64,000 nucleotides of DNA from a virus (lineage: Duplodnaviria > Caudoviricetes): IMG/VR virus record IMGVR_UViG_3300028888_000001; one strand, written 5' to 3'. Below are positions 62,328 through 64,000 of this stretch, in pieces. Below the pieces are notes generated by a model. It had not been told where the DNA came from, did no database searches, and worked only from the letters and a program-made list of their open reading frames with translations. Made by a program: the position numbers and the translations under genes. Positions within the stretch are counted from its first letter, which is position 1. Each line of letters starts with the position of its first letter.

Positions 62328-64000
62328 TTAAAAGTTAAAATTATATTTATTGTATAAATCAGCGTGTGCATCTGTAACTCTATATTTATCAATCGTTAAA
62401 CCAGTTATACCCATATCGACTAATTCTCTAATTCTATTCATAATAGTGCCATATGAAATTGTGGTCAAATCAACATACCAGCATTCTATCTCGTAACCAT
62501 TGTTTATAGCCAGCTGTGCTTGCTCGACCGTTAAAGTTCTACCATCAGGATTAAAGAAAAAATTTCCACGCACGGATGTGTTATCTTTGAATTCTTCCCA
62601 ATATTCGCAAAGAGCTTCTGTTGGGGTTGAAAGGGTTCCAAATCTATAATTATTATATATAGATTTTAATGTTTCTGCTCTATCTATACTAATATTAATC
62701 CAGGATGTCTTATCTCTCATTCCATATTTTTTCAATATACTATCCATCCAAATTACATCTTCATCAGTCCATGTATTTTTTCTATCTATATAAATTTCCA
62801 TTCCTAATTGCTTAGATAATAAAACCCATTCTTCAAATGATAACATTTGGGTTCCTCGGAATTGTTCGCCATAATAGAGCCCAAAATCGAATCGTTTTAA
62901 ATCTTTATATAATATATCTGTTACAGAATAATCTGCACCATTCATTGGAGTTAAATTATTTATATCTTGCTCTTGAGATTCAATATAATTGTTGTCAATA
63001 AATTCATAAATCTTTTCTTCTTGTTCATCATAATAATATATATTATTAGTACTATCTATATAAACTTTATATCCTTCAATTGAAACTATATTACCATTTA
63101 CATTTATTTTATTTAAATTTATATCATGCCAGCAAATAAAAACCCCATCTGATGAATTGAAAACATCGTTTTCATTTATTTCGAACCCTAATTTTCTAGC
63201 CGCAATATATGCCGGGGCTACGCATTGAGGAGCATCGATATCATCGCCCCTATGAGCAATATGTCTTATAGTTTTAGATGGCAAAACATATTCTATATTT
63301 TTTACATTTATACCGAATTCTAATAATTTTAGCGTAAAGCAATTTTCAACTCCAAATGATCTATATGATAATAGAAAATATTTAGCATTTTCTACTGTCG
63401 CAGCAGTAATTAATAAATCATATTTCGCAATATTAAATGAATATGATTTACGTTTTATAAATTCTTTATTTTCATCATATAATGCTATAGCAAACCACAT
63501 AACATGTACTTCTGAGTATTCTATAGACATATAATATTTATAATTTTCGTTAAACTTTATTAAACTAGTATAATATTCTAAATTAGTTAAATTTTGAGCA
63601 GAAAAAATTCCATCAGCTCTAATAAATCCAGGATACGTTTCATATTCTAATTTATATCCTGAATCCGACACTTCGTTTAAATATGATTGAATCTTTTGTT
63701 CTAAATATTCTTCATTAATATTATTAAATTTTTTAGTAATATAAATTTTATATGGCTCGTTTATAGTTCTAAAAGATATTATACAATAATATGCTAAATT
63801 ATATTGCTCTAAGTCTATATTAAATGTATAGTAAATATTATATTCATCATTATTTTCATTCCGATCTAAATATGTGCTATAATTGTAAATTATGTTATAA
63901 TTTTTATCTAAAAATATATAATGAATCCAAGACTTTGTTGGATTTGTAATATTATATTCACCATCATCAGAATTGTGATTGTTTCCAAAAAATTCAACTT
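62328..64000 (-). CDS. Cassette-like ORF with C-terminal GDPD domain, 5' end beyond window
   Basis: IAHRG...ENDV..SSDG..ICWHD...GITGLTID. The frame stays open from 63671 to the window edge. Confidence 0.75.
   Translation of the reverse strand, partial: VEFFGNNHNSDDGEYNITNPTKSWIHYIFLDKNYNIIYNYSTYLDRNENNDEYNIYYTFNIDLEQYNLAYYCIISFRTINEPYKIYITKKFNNINEEYLEQKIQSYLNEVSDSGYKLEYETYPGFIRADGIFSAQNLTNLEYYTSLIKFNENYKYYMSIEYSEVHVMWFAIALYDENKEFIKRKSYSFNIAKYDLLITAATVENAKYFLLSYRSFGVENCFTLKLLEFGINVKNIEYVLPSKTIRHIAHRGDDIDAPQCVAPAYIAARKLGFEINENDVFNSSDGVFICWHDINLNKINVNGNIVSIEGYKVYIDSTNNIYYYDEQEEKIYEFIDNNYIESQEQDINNLTPMNGADYSVTDILYKDLKRFDFGLYYGEQFRGTQMLSFEEWVLLSKQLGMEIYIDRKNTWTDEDVIWMDSILKKYGMRDKTSWINISIDRAETLKSIYNNYRFGTLSTPTEALCEYWEEFKDNTSVRGNFFFNPDGRTLTVEQAQLAINNGYEIECWYVDLTTISYGTIMNRIRELVDMGITGLTIDKYRVTDAHADLYNKYNFNF

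Noticed and set aside
1-64000. tRNA, rRNA, integrase/recombinase or transposase genes
   Set aside because: None recognised by eye; a tRNAscan or HMM search would be needed to exclude divergent ones.

Overview
A 64-kb, AT-rich slice of a jumbo myovirus of the phiKZ/AR9(PBS1) type. The host is probably an anaerobic Firmicute (inference from strong GGAGG ribosome-binding sites, class III RNR, and CHAP/GH73/amidase/SH3b domains). The window holds virion structural and baseplate genes, a multisubunit RNA polymerase beta-like subunit and a 5145-aa tape-measure-like protein ending in five hydrolase domains. It also holds an SNF2 helicase, a RusA-like resolvase, dCMP deaminase, MYG1, an ABC exporter, and an nrdD gene split by two group I introns (one with an HNH endonuclease). 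The most striking feature is a set of apparently silent, 5'-truncated tail-appendage-like cassettes with metallophosphoesterase, SGNH or GDPD C-terminal domains, scattered among the core genes. Four of them start in frame at an identical 12-bp site, CTTTCTAACGAT (Leu-Ser-Asn-Asp). They sit in head-to-head pairs around two near-identical 84-bp elements with inverted 12-bp ends. This looks like a dispersed shufflon or cassette-swap system for varying a receptor-binding/degrading protein. The recombinase and the constant N-terminal expression locus are not in this window, so the mechanism is inferred, not shown.
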